Of a stretch of 37,874 bases of DNA, positions 1-12,787 are shown piece after piece (the stretch's first letter is position 1; every line of letters begins with the position of its first letter). The notes beneath the pieces are model-generated. The model was not told the DNA's origin, searched no databases, and saw only the letters and a program-made list of their open reading frames with translations. A program made the translations under genes and the position numbers. Source of the stretch: Alphaproteobacteria bacterium (GTDB taxonomy: Bacteria > Pseudomonadota > Alphaproteobacteria > CACIAM-22H2); contig JBIKLI010000003.1 in NCBI GenBank assembly GCA_044359885.1, forward strand, positions 1-37,874, read 5' to 3'.

Positions 1-1811
1 CTGCCCACGAGAAGCTGCGCGATGAACGCAGCGGGGATGCCGAAGATGCCGACCGAGATGTTGTTGATGCCCCAGATATAGGCGACGTCGCGACCACGGA
101 TCTTCACGATCTGGATGTCGCCGAGCCAGCTGAAGGCCTCCTTGACCCACAGCCCGTGGAACTCGGTCGTGTAGAGGAAGAACATGCAGACGAAAAAGCC
201 CGCAGCCACCCCCGCCACGCCCGACGCGTTGCCGCATCGTTTCCACCAGATTCCGAGCACCAGACCGGCGAACAGGCCGGACGCGGCGATCGAGAAGGCC
301 CAGGACACCAGGAACAGGATGTCCGCGCCGAGCGATCCCGCCGTGTAGGCGGCGATCAGGGCGACGACCATCAGCAGCGCGCGGCTGATGACGAGGCGAC
401 GCTTGGTGTCGGCGTTCGGGTCGATCATCTTGTAGTAGACGTCGTGGCTGAGCGCGTTGGCGATCGCGAGCAGCAGGCCGTCGGCGGTCGACAGCGCGGC
501 CGCGAGGCCGCCCGCCGCCACCAGGCCCGAGATCACGTAGGGCAGACCGGCGATCTCCGGCGTCGCGAGCACGATCGCATCCGCGTGGATGCGGAACTCG
601 CCCAGCTGGAGAATGCCGTCGCCGTTGCCGGTGACGCCGCGGCAGAGCGGGTATTGCTGCACCGCGTTCGCGGCGTCGCAGGCGCCGACCAGCGCAAGAC
701 CCGGACGTCCCCAGCTCTTGACCCATTCCGGCAGATTGGCGATCGGCGTGTTGATCAGCCCCTGATAGACCTCCAGCTTCGCGAAGGCGGCATAGGCCGG
801 CGCCGTGAAGTAGAGCAGGAAGATGAAGAACAGGCTCCACGCCACCGACTCGCGCGCCTGCCGCACCGACGGGGTGGTGAAGTAGCGCATGAGGATGTGC
901 GGGAGCGACGCCGTGCCGACCATCAGGCAGAGGATCAGCGCGAAGTAGTTCCACATCGCGACTGCGCTGTACTGCCCCTGGGCGTTAACGAAGGCCGCCG
1001 TGTGCGGCTGCGCCACCTTCAGGGTCTGCTCGAGCGCCGCGATCTTCTCCAGCGCCGTGCCGTACATCAGCTGCGGGATCGGCACGCCCGTGACCTGGAA
1101 GGACATGACGACCGCGGGGATCAGATAGGCGATGATCAGGATGATGTACTGCGCCACCTGGGTCCAGGTGACCGCCTTCATCCCGCCCAGCAGCGAGCAC
1201 ACCAGGATGCCGATCAGACCGACGAAGCAGGCGACCTGGAACGAGATCCCGAGGAAGCGCGAGGTGATGATCCCCACGCCCACGATCTGCGCCACGACAT
1301 AGACGAAGGACGCGGCGATCAGCACGATCACGGCCAGCATGCGGGCGGCGTGGCCGCCGTAGCGGGCGCCGAAGAAGTCCGGCACGGTGAACTGGCCGAA
1401 CTTCCGCAGATACGGAGCCATCAGGATCGAGACCAGCACGTAGCCGCCGGTCCAGCCCAGGATGAAGGCAAGACCGCTATAGCCGCCGAAATAGAGCGAT
1501 CCGGCCATGCCGATGAAGGAGGCCGCGCTCATCCAGTCGGACCCGGTCGCCATGCCGTTGTAGAAGGCTGGCACCGAGCGTCCGGCGACGTAGTATTCCG
1601 AGACCTCGGCCGTGCGCGAGAGCACGCCGATCAGCGCATAGACGCCGATGGTCATGAAGATGAAGAGATAACCGAGCCAGCGGTCCGGCACGCCCATCCA
1701 TTCCAGGATGCCGAGCACGACCACGAAGCCGAGGAAGCCCCCCGTGTAGAGGGCGTAGATGCGGCCGAGGTTCTGAAGGAACCCGGAGCCGCCGACCGAA
1801 TAGCCAGCCAT
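1..1811 (-). CDS. Sodium:solute symporter, ActP/VC_2705-like (probable acetate/monocarboxylate permease); 3' end runs off the window
   Basis: Absent from the ORF track because it has no stop in the window. Translated by hand from ATG 1811: MAGYSVGGSGFLQNLGRIYALYTGG...EYYVAGRSVPAFYNGMATGSDWMSAASFIGMAG, later GLVAAGGLAAALSTADGLLLAIANALSHD. These are SLC5 hallmarks. Lies directly downstream of a DUF4212 gene. Confidence 0.9.
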   Translation of the reverse strand, partial: MAGYSVGGSGFLQNLGRIYALYTGGFLGFVVVLGILEWMGVPDRWLGYLFIFMTIGVYALIGVLSRTAEVSEYYVAGRSVPAFYNGMATGSDWMSAASFIGMAGSLYFGGYSGLAFILGWTGGYVLVSILMAPYLRKFGQFTVPDFFGARYGGHAARMLAVIVLIAASFVYVVAQIVGVGIITSRFLGISFQVACFVGLIGILVCSLLGGMKAVTWTQVAQYIILIIAYLIPAVVMSFQVTGVPIPQLMYGTALEKIAALEQTLKVAQPHTAAFVNAQGQYSAVAMWNYFALILCLMVGTASLPHILMRYFTTPSVRQARESVAWSLFFIFLLYFTAPAYAAFAKLEVYQGLINTPIANLPEWVKSWGRPGLALVGACDAANAVQQYPLCRGVTGNGDGILQLGEFRIHADAIVLATPEIAGLPYVISGLVAAGGLAAALSTADGLLLAIANALSHDVYYKMIDPNADTKRRLVISRALLMVVALIAAYTAGSLGADILFLVSWAFSIAASGLFAGLVLGIWWKRCGNASGVAGVAAGFFVCMFFLYTTEFHGLWVKEAFSWLGDIQIVKIRGRDVAYIWGINNISVGIFGIPAAFIAQLLVG

Positions 1812-1821
1812 GTCTATGTCC

Positions 1822-2088
1822 TCACTCGTCCGAGACGCCGAATTCGTCGTCGATCTTGTTCTGCGCCTTCGTGTTCCAGACGCAGAGCGCGACGAACGCG
1901 ATCAGCGAGCCCTGGGCCGCCATGTAGTAGCCCAGCGGGAACCCGATGATCTGGATCTTGTTCAGCGCCGGGGCGAAGAAATGAATCGCGAAGCTGAAGA
2001 AGAACCAGAGAGCGAGAATCGTCCACATCAGCGAGGACGTTCGGCTCCAGTAGGATTGCATCTGCTCCGGGGTTAGTTTGGCTGCCAT
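1822..2088 (-). CDS. DUF4212 small membrane protein, symporter-associated small subunit
   Basis: 88 aa with two hydrophobic segments and the motif GFPLGYYMAAQGS. GAGGGAG RBS upstream; 10 bp from the symporter start. Confidence 0.88.
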   Translation of the reverse strand: MAAKLTPEQMQSYWSRTSSLMWTILALWFFFSFAIHFFAPALNKIQIIGFPLGYYMAAQGSLIAFVALCVWNTKAQNKIDDEFGVSDE

Positions 2089-2179
2089 GCCGTGTCTCCC
2101 TCATCACCTGCGGATCTGCGGCGTCCGCTACCGGGCGGCCGACCTTGGTGGTTTTCACCTGGACAACGGCCACATTGAC

Positions 2180-2213
2180 GCGACGAAAAGAGTTAAGATT
2201 CGTCGCACGAATC
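2180..2213. promoter_or_regulatory. Overlapping inverted repeats in the divergent promoter region
   Basis: GCGACGAA-N11-TTCGTCGC (2180-2206) overlaps GATTCGT-cgc-ACGAATC (2197-2213). Function is inferred only. Confidence 0.35.
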
Positions 2214-2297
2214 GGCACATAGCACTGAAAGCCTTGGGGCGGCAATAGGGTATGCTCACCGCCTCTGGCATCCTTCGAGACTGGCTGGGACCCCGAC

Positions 2298-2903
2298 ATG
2301 CTGACCCGCGCCTACCGGTACTTCTTCCCGCCGCCGATCCGCGACCGGGCGGCGCTGGGCAGCTTCATGTCCGGCGAGGCCGCCTATCTCGCCCAGCGCT
2401 CGACCTATGAATTCACCCGCAACACCCTGGCGTGGCACGGTCAGGCCGCTTTCGGCGACAGGGAATTCAACGATGTCTTCCGGATCTGCCGCTGGGAGGC
2501 CTTCGGCGCCGTCCTGTCGGGGTTCAGCCTCCTCGCCTTCGCCCGCCTGGCGCCCGGGCCGGGCGGACGCCGGGGCGATCTGGAAGCGGCCATGGTCAAG
2601 TTCTATGGTGACCTGCTCGGCGCCTACGAGACCCCGCGCCATCGGACCGACTGGGCCGACGAGCTGGCGGCCCTGGCCGAGCGCCTGCATGTCCTGCCGC
2701 CGGGCGTCGTTCCGTCCGCTGCCGAGGCGACACGGATCGCCGCGGCCAAGGTCTACAAGACCCTGCCGGCCCGGGCCGGCAATCCGCGCGAAGAGAAGGA
2801 TGTGATCGCCAACGCCCTTCGATTCGGCACGATCGGGTTCGGCGAGCGGCTGGACCGGCGGCTGCGGCCCGCCGAGACGACGGCCTCGCTGCTGGCCGGT
2901 TAG
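2298..2903 (+). CDS. Hypothetical protein, probably co-transcribed with the DUF294 gene
   Basis: 201-aa ORF with normal composition and GC-ending codons; 6 bp gap to the next gene. No catalytic motif recognised. Confidence 0.75.
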   Translation: MLTRAYRYFFPPPIRDRAALGSFMSGEAAYLAQRSTYEFTRNTLAWHGQAAFGDREFNDVFRICRWEAFGAVLSGFSLLAFARLAPGPGGRRGDLEAAMVKFYGDLLGAYETPRHRTDWADELAALAERLHVLPPGVVPSAAEATRIAAAKVYKTLPARAGNPREEKDVIANALRFGTIGFGERLDRRLRPAETTASLLAG

Positions 2904-2909
2904 GCCCCC

Positions 2910-4356
2910 TTGGCCCCGCCCCGGTCCCGGATCGAGGTCTTCGGCCGGCGCGCCCGCGACGCGATGACACCGCGCGTGCACCGCGCCGGCCCCGAGACGC
3001 CGGTCGGGGAGGCGATCGCCGGCCTCGCGGCCACCGACGCCTCGGCCGTGGTGGTGGTGGATGGCGCGGGGCGGCTGATCGGGATCGTCACCGAGCACGA
3101 CATCGCCCGGCGGGTCGCGCTGCGGCTGCCGCCCGAGGCGCCGGTCGAGCGGGCCATGACCGCGCCGGTGAAGTCGGTCGGTGCCGACGACCTGCTCTAT
3201 CGCGCCATCGGGCGGATGCGCCGCGAGAAGCTTCGTCACATGCCGGTCGTCGATGGCCAGGGCCGCCCGGTCGGGATGCTGGACCTGCATGCCGCGCTGG
3301 CCGCGGCGGCCGAACGGATCGTCGACCAGATCGACCGGCTGACCCGCGACGCCTCGATCGACGGCTGGACGGAGGTCAAGCGCGCCCAGGCCGAACTGGC
3401 CCAGGACCTGCTGGACGACAATCTCCCTGCTCCGGAGATCCAGGCGCTGGTCACCGAGATCAATCTCGACATCCATCGCCGCCTGCTGGAGGCGGCGATC
3501 GAGCGGCTGCGCGCCGAGGGCTGGGGCGAGATGCCGGTTCCCATGACGCTGCTGATCATGGGGTCCGGCGGGCGCGGCGAGAACTTCCTGTTCCCCGACC
3601 AGGACAACGGGTTCATCCTCGCCGACTATCCCGACGCCGAGCACGCCCGCATCGACGCCTGGTTCATCGCCCTGGCCGAGCGACTGACCGCCGGGCTGGA
3701 CCGCGTCGGCTTCCCGTTCTGCAGGGGCGGCGTGATGGCCACCAACCCGCTGTGGCGCAAGACCGCCAGCCAGTGGCGCGACCAGATCTGGCTCTGGGGC
3801 GAGCGGCGCAGCCCGGTCGCGGTGCTGTTCGCCGACATCTTCATGGATTTCGCCCCGGCCTGGGGGGATGCGGACGCGGCCGCGGCGCTGCGCACCGAAG
3901 TGACGCGGATGCTGGCGCGATTTCCCGCGCTGCTGCGGGCGATGGCGGAGGACGAGACCGGGCGCGGCGTGGCCCTGAGCCTGTTCGGCAACCTCAAGGT
4001 CGAGAACGACGCCGCCCATCCCGGCCGCACCGACCTCAAGCTGCACGGCACGCTGCCGCTGGTCGGCGCGACCCGGCTCTACGCGCTGCGCGCCGGCCTG
4101 GCGGAGACCGGGACGCTCGCGCGTCTGGCGGCGCTGGCCCGTCTGGGCGCCGTCGGGGCCGACGACGCCGAGGCGCTGGCGCAGGCCTACGCGACGGTCA
4201 CCTTCGTCATGCTGCGCCAGCAGCTCGCCGATTTCCGCGCCGGACAGCCTGTCGGCAACCATGTCGATCCCGATGCCCTGACCCGGCTCGAGCGCGATCG
4301 GCTGGTGGACGCGCTCAAGGCGATCGAGCGCCTGCGCAAGCGTGCGCGGGCTGATT

Positions 4357-4376
<20 letters not shown>
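2910..4376 (+). CDS. CBS-pair + DUF294/DUF294_C putative nucleotidyltransferase (GlnD/GlnE-like pol-beta fold)
   Basis: CBS motifs (GRLIGIVTEHDI, RHMPVVDGQGRPVGML), NTase motif GSGGRGE...DQDNG, CRGGVMATNPLW and DLKLHG. TTG start is uncertain. Confidence 0.9.
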
Positions 4377-7085
<2,709 letters not shown>

Positions 7086-7089
<4 letters not shown>

Positions 7090-7280
7090 GGCGGGTCGCC
7101 GCCGCCGCGCGCGGCCAGGGCGAGCAGCGCGATCACGCCCCCCCAGGCGGCGAAGACGTAGAGCAGCAGCGCCGGGACGCCGGACACCAGCACCGGACGC
7201 TGGAAGAAGCCGATCGCCACCGGACTGAACAGCAGGGACGCCAGCAGCAGCAGCCCGATCAGCCTTTCGCCGCGCCGCAT
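7086..7280 (-). CDS. Small two-TM membrane protein coupled to the SLC5 kinase
   Basis: 64 aa, hydrophobic, with GVP...YVF..W. Its stop overlaps the kinase ATG. Confidence 0.75.
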
Positions 7281-7292
7281 CGCCGTCTCCGG

Positions 7293-9434
7293 CTAGAAGT
7301 CGCGCGCCCGCGCGCGCAGTTCGAAGGCGATCCGGGCGGATCGCAGCAGCTGATCCAGCGTGTCGACGCCGCGCTGGCCCAGCAGGTCGATCAGTCCCGC
7401 GAACACCGCCGCCGTCGCCATCGCGTCGCCCAGCGCCGTGTGCCGGCCCGCGATCGGCACGCCGATCCGGGCGGCGATCGCGTCGAGATCGTGGTCCTGG
7501 ATGTCGGGATGCAGGAAGGCCGAGATCAGCAGCGTGTCGAGCACGGGCATGTCGAAGGCGACACCGCTCTCGGCCTGCTTCATGCGCAGGAAGGTCATGT
7601 CGAAGGCGGCGTTGTGGGCGACCAGGACGGCGCCCTCGCAGAAGGCGCGGAACTGGGGCAGCACCACGGCCGCCGGCGGCGCATCGGCCACCATCGCGTC
7701 GGTGATGCCATGGAAACGGATCGAGCCGGGCGGGATCGGGCGCCCCGGATTGACCAGCCGCGCGAAGGTCTCGCCGGTCAGGATCCGGCCGTTGACCACG
7801 CGCACCGCGCCGATCGACACGATCTCGTCGCCGGCCGAGGGCTTGAGGCCGGTGGTCTCGGTGTCGAACACGACGAATTCCAGGTGCCGGAGCGGACGTT
7901 CCCCGTCGCGCGCCGCGGCGGCGGGCAGATCGAAATCGTAGAATTCCGGGCGCGCGGGCAGGCCCGCCCGCGTCTTGGCCATGCGCCGCTCGGTCTCGGC
8001 CGCCGCGGGCACCGGGATGCGCAGCCGCGAACGACCGTCGTCCAGCGCCTGGCTCCATGCGGCGCTGCCATGGCGCTGCAGAACGTCGCCCAGCGTGGCG
8101 GCGCCCAGCGCGCCGGCCAGTTCCTCGGCCAGCCATGAATCGATGCGCGAGGACGGCACCGGTGCGCCGCGCCAGACCAGATCGACATAGGCCGTGCGCG
8201 CGCCCACCGATGCCTCGACGTCGAGTGCCGCGACCGAGGCGGCCGCCGCGACCCGGGATGCAAGACGCGCCAGCGCGACGACCAGCGACTGGCTGTCGGC
8301 ATGCAGCCAGCGCGGCAGCCCGACCGGGGTGAGGGCCGGTCCGCCGCCTTCCGCGACCTGGCGCGCGAGCAGCCGGAACAGGTCGATCGACAGCACGTCG
8401 GCCAGCGGCCAGTGCCCGCCCTTGAGTTCGCGCGCCGACCGGTCGAACCCGTCCAGGCAGGCGATCATCGCGGCGCTCTCGCGCTGCACCACGGCGTCGA
8501 AGGCCGCGCGCTGCGCCGCCGGCATGCCCGGGAAGGCGGCCAGGGTCTCGGCCGCGGCGCCGAGATTGGCGAGCGGCCGGCGCAGCCCCTCGGCCAGTTC
8601 GCGCATCGCGCGGTCGCGCGCGGCGAGCGCCGCGACCTCGCGGGTGGCGTCGGTCAGGGTCAGGACATAGCCGCTCGGCGCGCCGTCCTCGCCGCGCGTC
8701 AGGGCGATGCGCCCGAAGAGCAGACGGGAGGCGTCCGCGGTGGCACAGACCAGCGGGCAGAATTCCGCCGCCTCGGACGGCGGACCGCCGTCGTGGAGCA
8801 GCCGCTCCAGCGCGTGCAGCACGGGCTCGCGCGCCACGACGTTGAAGAGCGATCGGCCGAGGCCGACCTCGCCGGCGTCGCGCAGCAGGCCGAGCGCCGC
8901 CTGGTTGTAGAGCTGCACCCGGTGCTCGAGCGTGCAGATCAGCACGCCTTCCGCGAGATCGCGCAGGATCGTCTCCAGCCGGCCGCGCTGCTCGGCCGCC
9001 CCGCGCGTCGCCGCGGCGATCGCGGCAGCGTGGTCGCGCCGTCCGGCGGCCAGCGCCGATGCCAGCGCAGCGACCGCTTCCGGCACGGGCGCGAGCCAGG
9101 GATGGGCGCCGGGCGTCACGGCCCGATCGGCGCCCGCCTCGGCCGCGAAGCGTGTCTCCGCCGCCAGCCGCCGCAACGGCAGGACGACGCGCACGCGCAG
9201 CACCGCCGCCGCGACCACGAAGCAGGCCAGCGCCGCGCCGGCGATCGCGACGCCGGCCTCCGCCGGGGTCAGCGCGGCGAGCCCGCGCCCGGACTCGGCC
9301 GGCGTGGCGGCACCGGCGACGACGAGAAACGCGCCGGCCGCCGCACCGGTCGCCGCCGCCGCGCCGAGCGCCAGCCAGAGCGGCCGCGCGCTGTGACGGC
9401 GCGCCGGACGCCAGGCGCCGCCGGCCTCAGCCAC
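7293..9434 (-). CDS. Membrane-anchored PAS / degenerate kinase-like protein with a C-terminal DEDDh (DnaQ-like) 3'-5' exonuclease domain
   Basis: Two N-terminal hydrophobic segments; PAS-like LAEGVLICTLEHRVQLYNQAA; ExoI FDTETTG, ExoII AHNAAFD and ExoIII HTALGDA. GTG start overlaps the response regulator stop. Confidence 0.88.
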   Translation of the reverse strand: MAEAGGAWRPARRHSARPLWLALGAAAATGAAAGAFLVVAGAATPAESGRGLAALTPAEAGVAIAGAALACFVVAAAVLRVRVVLPLRRLAAETRFAAEAGADRAVTPGAHPWLAPVPEAVAALASALAAGRRDHAAAIAAATRGAAEQRGRLETILRDLAEGVLICTLEHRVQLYNQAALGLLRDAGEVGLGRSLFNVVAREPVLHALERLLHDGGPPSEAAEFCPLVCATADASRLLFGRIALTRGEDGAPSGYVLTLTDATREVAALAARDRAMRELAEGLRRPLANLGAAAETLAAFPGMPAAQRAAFDAVVQRESAAMIACLDGFDRSARELKGGHWPLADVLSIDLFRLLARQVAEGGGPALTPVGLPRWLHADSQSLVVALARLASRVAAAASVAALDVEASVGARTAYVDLVWRGAPVPSSRIDSWLAEELAGALGAATLGDVLQRHGSAAWSQALDDGRSRLRIPVPAAAETERRMAKTRAGLPARPEFYDFDLPAAAARDGERPLRHLEFVVFDTETTGLKPSAGDEIVSIGAVRVVNGRILTGETFARLVNPGRPIPPGSIRFHGITDAMVADAPPAAVVLPQFRAFCEGAVLVAHNAAFDMTFLRMKQAESGVAFDMPVLDTLLISAFLHPDIQDHDLDAIAARIGVPIAGRHTALGDAMATAAVFAGLIDLLGQRGVDTLDQLLRSARIAFELRARARDF

Positions 9435-9804
9435 GATCCGCCGCGAGCAGCGCCTGCACGCGTTCGACGAGCGCGCGGGTCGAGAACGGCTTGGTGACGT
9501 AGTCGTCCGCGCCCAGCGCCAGGCCCTTCTCGCGCTCGACCTCGCGCGAGCGCGCCGTCAGCATGACGATGCGCGTGCGCGCGCAGGCCGGGTCGGCGCG
9601 GATCGCCTGGCAGACGTCATACCCGTCGCGCCCGGGCATCATGACGTCGAGCAGGACCAGATCGGGCGGTCGCGCGGCGATCTCGGCCAGGGCCGCGTCG
9701 CCGTCGCGGGCCACGCGCACGTCGTAGCCGGCCTGACGCATCAGGAATTCGAGCGACAGGACGATGTTCGGTTCGTCGTCGACGACCAGCACGGATGCCG
9801 CCAT
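9427..9804 (-). CDS. Single-domain (receiver-only) response regulator
   Basis: 125 aa from MAASVLVVDDE, with LLDVMMPG (phospho-Asp), MLTA and TKPF. GGAGGG RBS. No output domain. Confidence 0.93.
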   Translation of the reverse strand: MAASVLVVDDEPNIVLSLEFLMRQAGYDVRVARDGDAALAEIAARPPDLVLLDVMMPGRDGYDVCQAIRADPACARTRIVMLTARSREVEREKGLALGADDYVTKPFSTRALVERVQALLAADRG

Positions 9805-9898
9805 GCGCCCCTCCGTCGCGGCGGCCGCCGGCCGCCACCCCGCCATGCGATCGACCATAGGCCGTGCCGCGCGCCGCCGCCAGATGGCCGCGCGCGAC

Positions 9899-12100
<2,202 letters not shown>

Positions 12101-12162
12101 GCCGCAAATATGCATCGCCGCGCCCGGGATGCGAGTCCCCGGCGCGATCCGGCGCCGTGGGG

Positions 12163-12178
12163 ATTGACCGGCGTCAAT
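12163..12178. promoter_or_regulatory. Fnr/FixK-type box (TTGAC-N4-GTCAA)
   Basis: ATTGAC-CGGC-GTCAAT has perfectly complementary arms and is centred about 70 bp upstream of the ATG at 12240. Matches the TTGAY-N4-RTCAA consensus. Confidence 0.7.
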
Positions 12179-12239
12179 GCCCCGCCGCGCCGTCCCTGGC
12201 GAAGTCGGGGTCGACGCAGCGGCTGGCGGGGTGACGAAA

Positions 12240-12758
12240 ATGAAGACGCGCGGTATCGGCAGGACGGGACGGCGGCACGACGAGCGCAAGGCGCATCTGA
12301 TCGCCGAGGAACGCCACGACCCCTACAAGGCGCGCGCCAAGCATGCCGGGCCTTGCGTCTGCCCTGGCTGCGGGGCCGTCTTCGCGGCAGGCCGATGGCG
12401 CTGGGACGATCACGCGACGGGGGTCGAGGCGCGCGAGACCTGCCCGGCATGCCATCGCATCGCCGACAGCTTCCCCGCAGGCCGGATCACGATGGCCGGC
12501 GCTTTCCTCGCCGCCCATCGCGACGAGATCGTGGCGCTGGTTCGCAACACCGAGGCGCGCGAGCGGCGCGAACATCCGCTGCAGCGGATCATGGCCATCG
12601 GCGAGGGCGAGCGCGACGGCGAGATGGTGATCACCACCACCGACCTGCACCTGCCGCGGCGCATCGGCCACGCCCTGGTCGACGCCTACAAGGGCGACCT
12701 GCGCACCCATTACGACGAGGCCGGCCATTTCGTGCGCGTCGACTGGCGGCGGGACTGA
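12240..12758 (+). CDS. BCAM0308-family protein (CxxC...CxxC, putative zinc-binding)
   Basis: [36 protein letters not shown] and [18 protein letters not shown] are typical of this family. Confidence 0.82.
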   Translation: MKTRGIGRTGRRHDERKAHLIAEERHDPYKARAKHAGPCVCPGCGAVFAAGRWRWDDHATGVEARETCPACHRIADSFPAGRITMAGAFLAAHRDEIVALVRNTEARERREHPLQRIMAIGEGERDGEMVITTTDLHLPRRIGHALVDAYKGDLRTHYDEAGHFVRVDWRRD

Positions 12759-12787
12759 AGCCGCGGCGCGACCCTGCGGACTGGCGC

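Noticed and set aside
156-1949. 597-aa plus-strand ORF
   Set aside because: Antisense shadow of the symporter and DUF4212 genes; Arg/His/Asp-rich with no motif.
7293-7900. Calling the exonuclease dnaQ or an anti-phage nuclease
   Set aside because: It is fused to TM/PAS regions and embedded in a transporter-signalling operon. There is no replication or defence-island context.
9852-9863. CGAC-CATA-GGCC as a CrbR-type site upstream of the response regulator
   Set aside because: A mismatch in a short core within very GC-rich DNA; likely chance.
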